Of a stretch of 64,000 bases of DNA, positions 10,821 to 20,193 are shown piece after piece (the stretch's first letter is position 1; every line of letters starts with the position of its first letter). This stretch comes from Promethearchaeota archaeon (lineage in GTDB: Archaea; Asgardarchaeota; Lokiarchaeia; Sigyniarchaeales; SOKP01). The position numbers and the translations under genes are program-made. Location of the stretch: positions 64,001 to 128,000 of the forward strand of contig JBHLOY010000010.1 of assembly GCA_048939995.1 (NCBI GenBank), in the 5' to 3' direction. The notes under the pieces are model-generated. The model saw only the letters and a list, made by a program, of their open reading frames with translations, made no database searches and was not told the DNA's origin.

Positions 10821-11168
10821 ATGGATAAAAAAGCGATTGAGAAGAAATTAGCAGAATTAATGGACATTGTACCCGAATGCGAAGGATTGATTGCAGCAGA
10901 TACAAATGGTAAAGTTATTATTGGTCAAACTTTAACTGATATGGATCACGATCTTATCGCTAAAGCTTGTACTAATATAGTTAAAGATTCTAATTCATTA
11001 GGAAAAAATATTGGTAAGGGGAACTTAAAGACTACCACTATAGAACTTGATGACGGTTTTGCAGTTCTTGTAGGTTCTGATGCATTAATTTTAATTGCAT
11101 TAGCTGGGCTTGATGGCCGATCATCCCTAAGTCTTTTGAAAAGAAATCTGATTTCAATTTTAAATTAA
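10821..11168 (+). CDS. Roadblock/LC7 domain protein
   Basis: EGLIAADTNGKVI, LGKNIGKGNLKTTTIELDDG. Confidence 0.8.
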   Translation: MDKKAIEKKLAELMDIVPECEGLIAADTNGKVIIGQTLTDMDHDLIAKACTNIVKDSNSLGKNIGKGNLKTTTIELDDGFAVLVGSDALILIALAGLDGRSSLSLLKRNLISILN

Positions 11169-11215
11169 TAATATTCTCTCTTTTTTTAAAAAAAGATAAT
11201 TAAAATAGTTTTGAT

Positions 11216-14200
11216 TTACTTCTTCTTTTTATCATTAAGACCCTCTTCTTCCAATAAAGAGTCTAAATCTGTTTTTTCAGCTTTTTCTGTTTCTTTCTGA
11301 ACCTGCTTAATTTCTGATACTTTAACATATTTCCCACGTTTAGCTTTCTTTTTGGTTGGTTCTTCAATTGGAGTTTCAATACGTTTTATAAGGCGCTTTA
11401 TTGAACTATATATGATTAACCAGAATAATACAATAACCCCTATTATCAAAATAGTCAAGAAAGGAATAATATAGTCTATTAAGGGAAGATCAAAGGTATA
11501 GAACCTCATCGAATTATGGTACTCTATGTACTCATTTGTAATTATATTCTGAGCGTTTATTGAAACATTAATGGTAATACTATTCACTGAGGATACATCA
11601 ATTTCTATTATAATTACAGTCGATTCTCCTGGATTCAACCGATTAAGGTGAAAATAATCTATTTGTACAATTCTATTTACTAAGCTTGGTTGGATGATAA
11701 TAGAAATATTTGATGCGGGTATATATAGACTAGATGTCCCATTATTAACAATAGTCAATCTGATTGTTGTTTTTACATTTCTATATATTTGTGGAACATT
11801 TTTGTTAATTGAAATTCTAAGATTATTTAATTCTCTGTATAAATCTACTGTTATATTTTGAGCATTACTTAATCTATAAATATCTCCTGACCAAATCAAC
11901 CTAAATAGTAATTGATCTTCTTCATTTAAAGCTAAAGTATCAATTTCGAAGTTTAGTAAGCCTTTACTATCTGAAATTTGAGAAGATAAATTTAACCATG
12001 AACTATCATAATATTGAAGCGTTACATTTTTTGTTGGTAATGGGGCTCCAAATTCAGTAGTTAAGATTGCACTAAGATTAAATTTTTGGCCACGAATAGG
12101 TGATTCAGGGTTTATAGTAACATTTGAGAATCTACTATTTCCTTTCAACGTAAATGATTTGATGAAATCATTGTAACTGCTAACATAATTTTTATCATAG
12201 ATATTTACAACAAAGGTCGTTTGGTTTGGAAGATAGGTGCATTCATTTCGATTAAATGGCTTTAATATAGATACTCCTGATATATCTTTATCGTATTTTA
12301 AAGCTAATAAATAACCTTCAAAATTAGTTTGGGTGCTGTTTACAATTAACGAGTAATCCGTACTTTCATAGGTTCCTAAATCAATATCTTCATTTTGATA
12401 TTTAATAATTATTGTTATTTTAGTTAAAACTCCCCCCTTTCTAACGGGGGCATTAACTCCTTGCCATATTCCATCATTAAATAAATGAGGAATGCTAAAA
12501 TCTAATGAGAACTCTTGACTATCTCTCCCCAGAGGGTCTCCTTTCAATTTCAATGTTTTATAACTGGAAGTAACTTCATCAATAATCCATTCATTATTTG
12601 CTAATGAAAGTAGCTGAGCATGAATCTTGATATTCACATCACTTAATTCAAACATATTTTTAAGGGTGACCTTAATATTTACCATTTCATCAGGATTTAG
12701 AATCGTTTCATTTTGAAGGAAATTTTTCAAACGGATTGGAATGTTATATCCACCTATTTCAAAAATATAATCTTGATCGATGTTATAATTCTTCACAGGA
12801 TAAAAGTTAGCACGGTTAGTAACATTTACCGTTCCTATAAGGATTGAATAACTCTGGAATACTTTATCTACTCCTCCAGATAAAATATTCTTATCTAATA
12901 CGGGTTCATAAAAGAAGTCATCTAAATCAACATTGTACGAATCGATATAAAGTTTAAGTTTTTTACAACCTATCGCTGAACCATTAGTCCAAAAGAAACC
13001 TAGATAATAATTTCCAAAATAACTTAGAGAATTTCTTATTTGCAATAATGTATCATTATTGAAATCGTATCTAAGAAGAGACTCTTTAATAATCCCCGTC
13101 AAATCATTTCTTTCTCCTCCAGGATATTCTCCTCCAGGATTTTCGGGATAAAACAATTTAACATTGGCGCTTCCACCTTTTGCTGGATTACCATTTATAT
13201 CCTGAATATCTACACTAGCTGTCAAATCATCTCCAAACATAAATCCATTTGTTTCCCAAAAAGTTCCACTATAATTATTAAAGCTATGCATTTGATATAC
13301 AAGATTCGGGCTAGTAGTACTTAGTATATATGTACCATAAATTCCATTAATTAAAGTCGTATTAACTACTATTTTGTCAAATCCAGATTTAGAAATTTCG
13401 CTCGATTCTCCTGTCGTACTAGGATATAAATCTGCATTATTTGGATTAGTTAGGTTATTAGCATCATAGGAATTTGGATATAAATACCAAAATTCAAGGA
13501 AGTTCCAATCAGGGATATTAGTATGGCTTAAAGTTAAGTCAAAACTTAAAAACCACCTCGGTAAGTCATCATAGGTACAATTGTAAGTAGTAGTAGTTAA
13601 TTCAATCCAATAAGCCTTAACAGAATAAGAAACATTAAATATAAATCCTTTAGCAATTGTAGTATTCCAATTAAGATCTATACGGAAATCATTTGGGGGA
13701 ACTGCACTTATATGAGTCGTAAATTCATGTGCCCATTGTCCCAAACCCCAAGTTAAATATGAGCTGTCTGCATATGGACCACTATTATCGATTTGGTTTT
13801 CTATTGGCATATTCTGAATATTTAAATTATCCTCTTCGGATTCCCAAAAGTCTGAGGGCATGTATCCTCGTGTAACATTAATTTTAAATGAGCTTGAATC
13901 TAGATGCTCAGATAGATATGGAATCGCTGAAGGAACAGTTTTTCGGGCAATATCCCAGCTTACCCCATTATTTGTAGTTATTCTTAATTGATGATCCACT
14001 TGATTATCAGGATCTCCGAAGGTAAATCTAGGTAATGTTGCGAGACTATACAGATTTTCAGAGCGATTTGATTTGATTACTATAAAGTAATTAAATAGCT
14101 TCAGATCTATAGTGTTAGCGGTATTAAATGCAAAATAAGTCAAGTTATCTCCATTGTAATTTGAAATAATGAATGAATCTATCATTCTAGTATAATTTGG

Positions 14201-15292
14201 GCTTATATTATTAGTCCTTAAAATTGTTTGGGTCCTAACAATTGTATCAGTAGCTTCATATAGAGTGATATTCAATTCGGAATGAGTAGCTAAACTCACA
14301 TCTAAAGTACGTATCCAAGCATAGAATCCATTTACGGTTGATCTTTTTCCTTTTAAATCAAATTCCAATGCTACGTAATCATCATTTGTAATCGGTAAGT
14401 CAAAACCATAACTTGCATAATCAACTAATTCAGTAACCCTTACTGTATAAGAACTCGCTGTTGAATTTCTAAAATAAAATTGGATGTTATTCATATCTGC
14501 AAGATCAATAAAATCTAAATTTTCATTTATGATTCTTTTATCAAAATTGGTGAAAGTCGAGCTGCCTTTAATAAAAATAGGTTCTGTCACATTTTTCCAT
14601 GCGGATTCGGATATATCGTACATCTTTATCGTTAGGTAAGTATTTAAAGAAGATCTTAAAGTAAATTGATTGATTAAACCCAAAATGTATGTTCTATCAA
14701 AACCTAAATTTATTGGTGGACTTGCTCTCGTAAAGAAAGTACCAGTAAAATCTGCTGCTAATGTAAAATTAATTATGCCCCCTGATGAAGTGAATCGAAT
14801 AAATGTTGTACTTTGCCCATCATCTAAATAATAAAGGTTTAAAGGATCGAGATTTGTACCTGTGTGGACTGATATAGAAGAAATAGCTTTATTGTATTTA
14901 AAACGGATGAATTCTCTTGCATTTAGCGCATCATCATTTTCTAATACATAATTCGTTGTATAATTATTCTGAAATGTAAAATTAAAATTTCCATAAGATA
15001 AATATCCTGTATCTGTAGAGGATATTGAAGGAATCTCAAGAAATTGGTTATTATCAGCAGTATAGGAATTATTTTCGCCGTAGATTCGTACATCTTGAGG
15101 ATCTCCTGCTCCCGTTATATAATAATCTGATAAATATCCATCAGCACTAGTGGATAAATCTTTTTTATCATAGGTTCTATTATTATAAACATAATTTTCA
15201 TTAGGGTAAATCTGAAGGCTTGATATTATTATAGACAAGACAAATATAATTAATAGTAAAATTCTTCTAATTTTCTTTTTCCTCTCCATCAA
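11216..15292 (-). CDS. Large surface glycoprotein-like protein (1358 aa)
   Basis: N-terminal hydrophobic segment, many N-x-S/T sequons, beta-rich Ig-like C-terminal part, C-terminal TM helix and charged tail. Confidence 0.75.
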   Translation of the reverse strand: MMERKKKIRRILLLIIFVLSIIISSLQIYPNENYVYNNRTYDKKDLSTSADGYLSDYYITGAGDPQDVRIYGENNSYTADNNQFLEIPSISSTDTGYLSYGNFNFTFQNNYTTNYVLENDDALNAREFIRFKYNKAISSISVHTGTNLDPLNLYYLDDGQSTTFIRFTSSGGIINFTLAADFTGTFFTRASPPINLGFDRTYILGLINQFTLRSSLNTYLTIKMYDISESAWKNVTEPIFIKGSSTFTNFDKRIINENLDFIDLADMNNIQFYFRNSTASSYTVRVTELVDYASYGFDLPITNDDYVALEFDLKGKRSTVNGFYAWIRTLDVSLATHSELNITLYEATDTIVRTQTILRTNNISPNYTRMIDSFIISNYNGDNLTYFAFNTANTIDLKLFNYFIVIKSNRSENLYSLATLPRFTFGDPDNQVDHQLRITTNNGVSWDIARKTVPSAIPYLSEHLDSSSFKINVTRGYMPSDFWESEEDNLNIQNMPIENQIDNSGPYADSSYLTWGLGQWAHEFTTHISAVPPNDFRIDLNWNTTIAKGFIFNVSYSVKAYWIELTTTTYNCTYDDLPRWFLSFDLTLSHTNIPDWNFLEFWYLYPNSYDANNLTNPNNADLYPSTTGESSEISKSGFDKIVVNTTLINGIYGTYILSTTSPNLVYQMHSFNNYSGTFWETNGFMFGDDLTASVDIQDINGNPAKGGSANVKLFYPENPGGEYPGGERNDLTGIIKESLLRYDFNNDTLLQIRNSLSYFGNYYLGFFWTNGSAIGCKKLKLYIDSYNVDLDDFFYEPVLDKNILSGGVDKVFQSYSILIGTVNVTNRANFYPVKNYNIDQDYIFEIGGYNIPIRLKNFLQNETILNPDEMVNIKVTLKNMFELSDVNIKIHAQLLSLANNEWIIDEVTSSYKTLKLKGDPLGRDSQEFSLDFSIPHLFNDGIWQGVNAPVRKGGVLTKITIIIKYQNEDIDLGTYESTDYSLIVNSTQTNFEGYLLALKYDKDISGVSILKPFNRNECTYLPNQTTFVVNIYDKNYVSSYNDFIKSFTLKGNSRFSNVTINPESPIRGQKFNLSAILTTEFGAPLPTKNVTLQYYDSSWLNLSSQISDSKGLLNFEIDTLALNEEDQLLFRLIWSGDIYRLSNAQNITVDLYRELNNLRISINKNVPQIYRNVKTTIRLTIVNNGTSSLYIPASNISIIIQPSLVNRIVQIDYFHLNRLNPGESTVIIIEIDVSSVNSITINVSINAQNIITNEYIEYHNSMRFYTFDLPLIDYIIPFLTILIIGVIVLFWLIIYSSIKRLIKRIETPIEEPTKKKAKRGKYVKVSEIKQVQKETEKAEKTDLDSLLEEEGLNDKKKK

Positions 15293-15460
15293 AAAACGAC
15301 CGTCTATCTCAAATTTTTTAGTTATAAAATCATTTAAAAATATTAAAATTTGCCAATTTTTTTAAAGTTATTACAAATTATAGTAAAATGACTTAATATT
15401 ATAAAATGTTTAAATTATTTTTATATCTAGAACAATTCAAGTTTAAAATAAAGAAAAATC

Positions 15461-16801
15461 ATGGCTATAGATCTAATTTTAAAGGAAATAGAAGAAAATA
15501 AAGACGAATTTATTGATTTTTTGCGAAAATTAGTGCAAACAGATTCTTATAATCCTCCAGGAAATGAAAAAAATGTTGCTTTAATAATTGAAAGTTATCT
15601 AAAAGAATCTGGAGTAAAAACCGAAATATTTCCATTTGGAGATAATAGAGCAAATTTGATAGCCTATTTAAATGATAATTTTAAAGGAAAGAACCTTCTT
15701 TATAATGGACATATGGATGTTGTACCTGCTGGGGATAAAGAAGAGTGGAAAAATCCTCCGCTTTCTGCCGTCATTAAGAGAAATAAATATATGTATGGAA
15801 GAGGTACTTCTGATATGAAGGGGGGTTTAGCTGCTATGACAATAGCATTAAAAATTCTAAAAAAAGTTAGTGATAATTATTCAGGAAACTTAATATTAAA
15901 TGCTGTTGCTGATGAGGAGACAGGAGGAGACTTAGGAACTAAATGGTGCTTAGATGAGAAGTTAAATGAGTTTAAAATCGATTTTGCAATTATTTCAGAA
16001 CCTTCTGGTCTTGATCCTTTACCCAAAGCGATTATACTTGGAGAAAAAGGGCGACTTGTGGTTAAAATAATAACTAACGGAATTGCAACTCACTCTGGCT
16101 GGCCTTTCATGGGAAAAAATGCTATACTTATGATGAATGAAATTATCACAAATCTTGATAAAATAGATAAATATGTAGTTAAAGTAGATCCTCCTATGCC
16201 ATTAAGTAAAATCAAGAAATTAGTAAGTAGAGCTTTCCCGAATGAAGAAATTTTTGAAAGAATTTTAGATGAACAACCATTACTTAAAAATGTACTAATA
16301 GCGTTAACACAATTTACTACAAGTGTTAATATTATCCATAGCGGTATAAAGGATAATGTAGTACCAGATAAATGTGAGGCTATAATAGACTTTCGTCTAT
16401 TACCAAACCAAGATCCGAACGATGTAATAAAATCATTGAAGAAGCTAATTGAGGATGAAATTGGCTATCCTATAAAGAAAAAAGTTAAAGATGTGTATGT
16501 TGATATTAAGATCTTACAGCAACATGCGGGTTCATATTGGAAAGATTGGGAGAAATCTTCAGTATTAAAAGAATTGCAAGAAATAATAGATAAGGTTTAT
16601 GGAAAAAAATCATTTTTTGTATTAATGCCCCAAAGTGCTGATTGCCACTATCTTCGTAATACTGGATCTTGTCCTCAGACAATAATTTTTGGTCCCGGAA
16701 GTGGTTCTAAAGTGCATTCTGCTAACGAATTCATTGAACTAGAAGATTTTCTAAATGCAATAAAAGTTTTCACATTATTTGCTTACAAATTTTTAACATA
16801 A
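15461..16801 (+). CDS. M20 metallopeptidase/deacylase (ArgE/DapE family)
   Basis: NGHMDVVP, GRGTSDMKGG, DEETGG, EPS, HSANE. Confidence 0.92.
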   Translation: MAIDLILKEIEENKDEFIDFLRKLVQTDSYNPPGNEKNVALIIESYLKESGVKTEIFPFGDNRANLIAYLNDNFKGKNLLYNGHMDVVPAGDKEEWKNPPLSAVIKRNKYMYGRGTSDMKGGLAAMTIALKILKKVSDNYSGNLILNAVADEETGGDLGTKWCLDEKLNEFKIDFAIISEPSGLDPLPKAIILGEKGRLVVKIITNGIATHSGWPFMGKNAILMMNEIITNLDKIDKYVVKVDPPMPLSKIKKLVSRAFPNEEIFERILDEQPLLKNVLIALTQFTTSVNIIHSGIKDNVVPDKCEAIIDFRLLPNQDPNDVIKSLKKLIEDEIGYPIKKKVKDVYVDIKILQQHAGSYWKDWEKSSVLKELQEIIDKVYGKKSFFVLMPQSADCHYLRNTGSCPQTIIFGPGSGSKVHSANEFIELEDFLNAIKVFTLFAYKFLT

Positions 16802-16841
16802 AAAATTTTAATAAAACCATATGGATTGTTAGAAAACTAAA

Positions 16842-18020
16842 TTGAATGATTTCAAAATTGAAGATTCAATTATTTTGATTGATACTTCTAGATCGATGTT
16901 AAGAAGAGACTTTAAACCAAATCGATTAATTGCAGCCTTGAGTGCCGTAAAGGCTTTTATCCAATCAAAATTTGAAATTGACCCCAAAGATAGAATAGCA
17001 CTTGTATCCTTTGGAGAGAGTGCCAAAAAGTTATGTCCTATTACTTATGAAGAGGATAACCTATTTGAAGCTTTCAAGAAGATCCAAATTTCTGGTAAAG
17101 GGTTATTACATGAAGGTATAGCATTTTGTTTGCAACTGTTAGTTGAGGAAATGAGAAAAGTAGGAGGAAAAACCAACAGAATTTTTATAGTTTCAGATAA
17201 TAAGATTCTTTATACTGAAAAATTGCATAAAATTGTGGAGATTGCCAAAGGTTTAGGAATTTATATAGATTCCTGCCAATTAGGGCAATCTGAAGGATAT
17301 TCAGGAAGTATTCTTAAACAGATTGCTAAAAACACTGGAGGTCAATACGGTTTTTTTAATAATTCTAAAGCATTAATTAATGCCGGAAATTCATTTGCTT
17401 CAAAAAAAGAGTTTAAAGAGTCAATCGATTATTTTTCACCTATAAAAGATAAAAAAGAAACTCCATTAATGGGTGAAATTGCTTTGGATTTACGAAGGCC
17501 TAATCTCTTAGATATTCGTTTAATGATGAGTGATAATGACAAATTTGGTGAAAAGTGTCAGATCTGCCATTCTGTAAAATCACCTATTACTGATGCTGAT
17601 TTTTACTCTGAAGGAAGATATTGTCCTTCATGTGATCGCCCAATGCATTTATCATGTGCAGCAATGTGGGCAAAAAAAACTGAAAAGAAGGAGCGGATCT
17701 TTAGATGTCCCTTTTGCTTTTTTCTTTTAGAATTACCCTCTTCATTTTCAAAATTAATTGAAGATAAAGAAGAAAGTCTTCCTAAAGTAAGATTAGTTAA
17801 TGAAGGAGAAGAAAAAACAACAAAAATGATTGTCTTTCCCAATGAAAATATCCATGAAATTAATGAATCATGTTCCTATTGTCACAGCATATTTTTAGGA
17901 GAATATAAAGTTTATCAATGCGAAAAATGTGGAGCTTATTATCATGAACCTTGTTTAGAAAAAGTCACAAAGGAACTCAGGGGATGTAGGAACTGTGGCG
18001 CTCAAATTATTAACTATTAA
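16842..18020 (+). CDS. vWA plus two RING-like Zn fingers; TFIIH p44/Ssl1-like
   Basis: IDTSRSM..DFKPNRL MIDAS-type vWA, TGGQY, C/H-rich finger CQIC..CPSC..HLSC..CPFC, and C-terminal CSYC..CEKC..HEPC..CRNC. Confidence 0.75.
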   Translation: MNDFKIEDSIILIDTSRSMLRRDFKPNRLIAALSAVKAFIQSKFEIDPKDRIALVSFGESAKKLCPITYEEDNLFEAFKKIQISGKGLLHEGIAFCLQLLVEEMRKVGGKTNRIFIVSDNKILYTEKLHKIVEIAKGLGIYIDSCQLGQSEGYSGSILKQIAKNTGGQYGFFNNSKALINAGNSFASKKEFKESIDYFSPIKDKKETPLMGEIALDLRRPNLLDIRLMMSDNDKFGEKCQICHSVKSPITDADFYSEGRYCPSCDRPMHLSCAAMWAKKTEKKERIFRCPFCFFLLELPSSFSKLIEDKEESLPKVRLVNEGEEKTTKMIVFPNENIHEINESCSYCHSIFLGEYKVYQCEKCGAYYHEPCLEKVTKELRGCRNCGAQIINY

Positions 18021-18101
18021 AAAGTAAATTTAAAAGAAAGAATGCTTTTTATTAAGCATATTAAAGCTAATTAATGTTTTTATCTTAACGAGTCAAAATC
18101 G

Positions 18102-20191
18102 GTGATTAATTTAAGCAAAGCTCATAAACATAAGTGGATCATTACTAGTGCTTGGCCTTATGTGAACGCAAATATTTCTTGAGAGCTTTAAGAATTAGCG
18201 TACTTCCACATCTAGGCAACTTAATAGGAAGCACATTATCAGCAGATGTATTTGCTCGCTTTCTACGAATGAAGGGAGATGAAGTATTATTTGTATCTGG
18301 TTCAGATATGCATGGAACTCCCGTAGCAGTGGAAGCTAAAAAAACAGGTGTTTCAGTAGAAGAATTAGCTATAAAAAATCACAATAAAATTAAGGAATTG
18401 CATAAAAAATGGAAAATTTCATTTGATAATTACACTCAAACGCATAATCCTACACATATCGAATTTGTGCAGAAATTTTATTTAGATATCCAAAAAAACG
18501 GATATATCTTAGAAAAAGATATAGAATCCCTTTATTGTGAAAAAGATAACCTTTTTCTTCCTGATAGGTTTGTAGAGGGGATTTGCCCTCACTGTGGAGC
18601 TGAGAAAGCGAGAGGGGATCAATGTGACAATTGCCAGAAGTTATTGACACCTCTCGAGCTTAAAGAATCGTACTGTTCGATATGTGGCGCAAAACCTATA
18701 CTTCGAAAAACTAAACATTGGTATATGGATTTTCCTAGGCTTCAAAATCAATTGAAGAAATTAATTGAAAAAAATGAAATTATCCCTCAAAATGCTCGGC
18801 AAATGTGCTTAAACAGTATCGAGGAAGGTCTTCCTGAAAGAGCCATTACGCGAGATTTAGAATGGGGTATTCCCGCACCGTTTAAAGGAGCTGAAGGAAA
18901 AACGATATATGTATGGTTTGAGGCTGTGTTAGGTTATGTTAGTGCTTGTTTAGAATGGGCTGACAAGCTAAAAAATCAACCAAAAAAATTTGATTACTTT
19001 TGGAAAGATAAAAATACCAAATCGGTTTATTTTATAGGGAAGGATAATATCATCTTCCATTTAATTGTGTTTCCAGGACTCCTAATGGCATATAATGCCG
19101 ATAAAAAGGATTCTGATAAATTAGTTCTTCCATATAACGTCTCTTCTACAGAATGGTTAATGCATGAAAATGAGAAATTTTCAAAATCTAGAGGAATAGG
19201 GATTTGGATTGATGAGGCGTTAGACCTGGCACCATTGGATTATTGGAGATTCAATTTAGTTTATAATCGTCCGGAATCAAGTGATACCTCATTTTTATGG
19301 TCTGAATTTGAAAATAACATTAAGACTTTAAATGATAACATAGGAAATTTCATTCATAGGACATTAACCTTTATTGATAAACAATTCAATAAGATCATTC
19401 CAGAGAAAGTTGAATATGACAAAGTAGATAAGATTTTTGTTGAAAAAATCAATAGAATAGGCGTTGATGTCGGAAAAAGCTTAGATAATTTTAGTTTACG
19501 TAAGGCAATACGAGATGTTGTGAGTTTTGGAAAAGAAGGAAATGTTTATTTAAACGAAAAGGCACCATGGCATTTAATAAAGAAAGATAAAAAAAAAGCG
19601 GGACATGTATTTAATATATGCGCTCAAGCGGTATATGCTTTGGCAGTTCTTTTAAGCCCATTTACTCCTGGGACAGCAAACAAAATTATTTCATTTTTGA
19701 ATGATCCTAAATTATCCGAATCATCTTGGGATAGTATTAATGAAAATGCTGTCAGTGCAGGAGTTAAAATTAAAAGTCCAGAGCCAATTTTTCAAAAATT
19801 AGATATTGAAGAAATAAAGAATAATTTAAATAAAATCAGAGAAGAAAAGCAAAAGGGAGGAAAAATTGAATTGATATCTTATGATTATTTTAAAAAGTTG
19901 GATATTAGAGTCGCAAAAATAGAATCTATTGAGAAGGTACCTAAAGCAGATAAACTATATAAATTAGGAATCGATATTGGGAATGAGAAAAGGACACTCG
20001 TAGCAGGTTTAGCGGAACACTATAAAATAGATGAGCTAATTAATAAAAAAATTATAGTGCTAACAAACTTAGAGCCAAGAAAATTACGAGGAATTCAAAG
20101 TGAAGGAATGCTGCTTGCTGCTGTGGATAATGAAAAGGTATCTATTTTAATACCAGACAAAGAAATTGAGATCGGGGCAAAAGTAGAATAA
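18102..20191 (+). CDS. metG: Methionyl-tRNA synthetase, two exons: join(18102..18171,18204..20191), 685 aa after splicing
   Basis: Exon 1 (GTG 18102) [23 protein letters not shown]; exon 2 [18 protein letters not shown], Zn knuckles, YVWFEA, IGKDN, KFSKS, C-terminal tRNA-binding OB domain. The exons are in different frames, separated by 32 nt. The start codon is less certain than the junction. Confidence 0.95.
18172..18203 (+). other. Putative 32-nt bulge-helix-bulge (BHB) mRNA intron in metG
   Basis: Central helix ACGC 18166-69 / GCGT 18198-201; 3-nt bulges AAA 18170-72 and ACT 18202-04; intron stem 18173-83 / 18187-97; exon stem 18155-65 / 18205-17; contains in-frame TGA 18180-82. Confidence 0.88.
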
Positions 20192-20193
20192 AT

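Noticed and set aside
18168-18182. Programmed -1 frameshift, sequencing indel, or Sec read-through of TGA 18180 as explanation of the split metG
   Set aside because: A frameshift or single indel would leave about 11 extra residues inside the conserved PYxNxxPH motif. TGA read-through hits TAA three codons later. Neither explains the BHB fold.
18152-18203. ORF-track N-terminus MALCERKYFLRALRISVL for MetRS
   Set aside because: It lacks the first Rossmann strand and the TSAWPY motif, which are present intact in another frame from 18102; it is an out-of-frame read through exon 1 and the intron.
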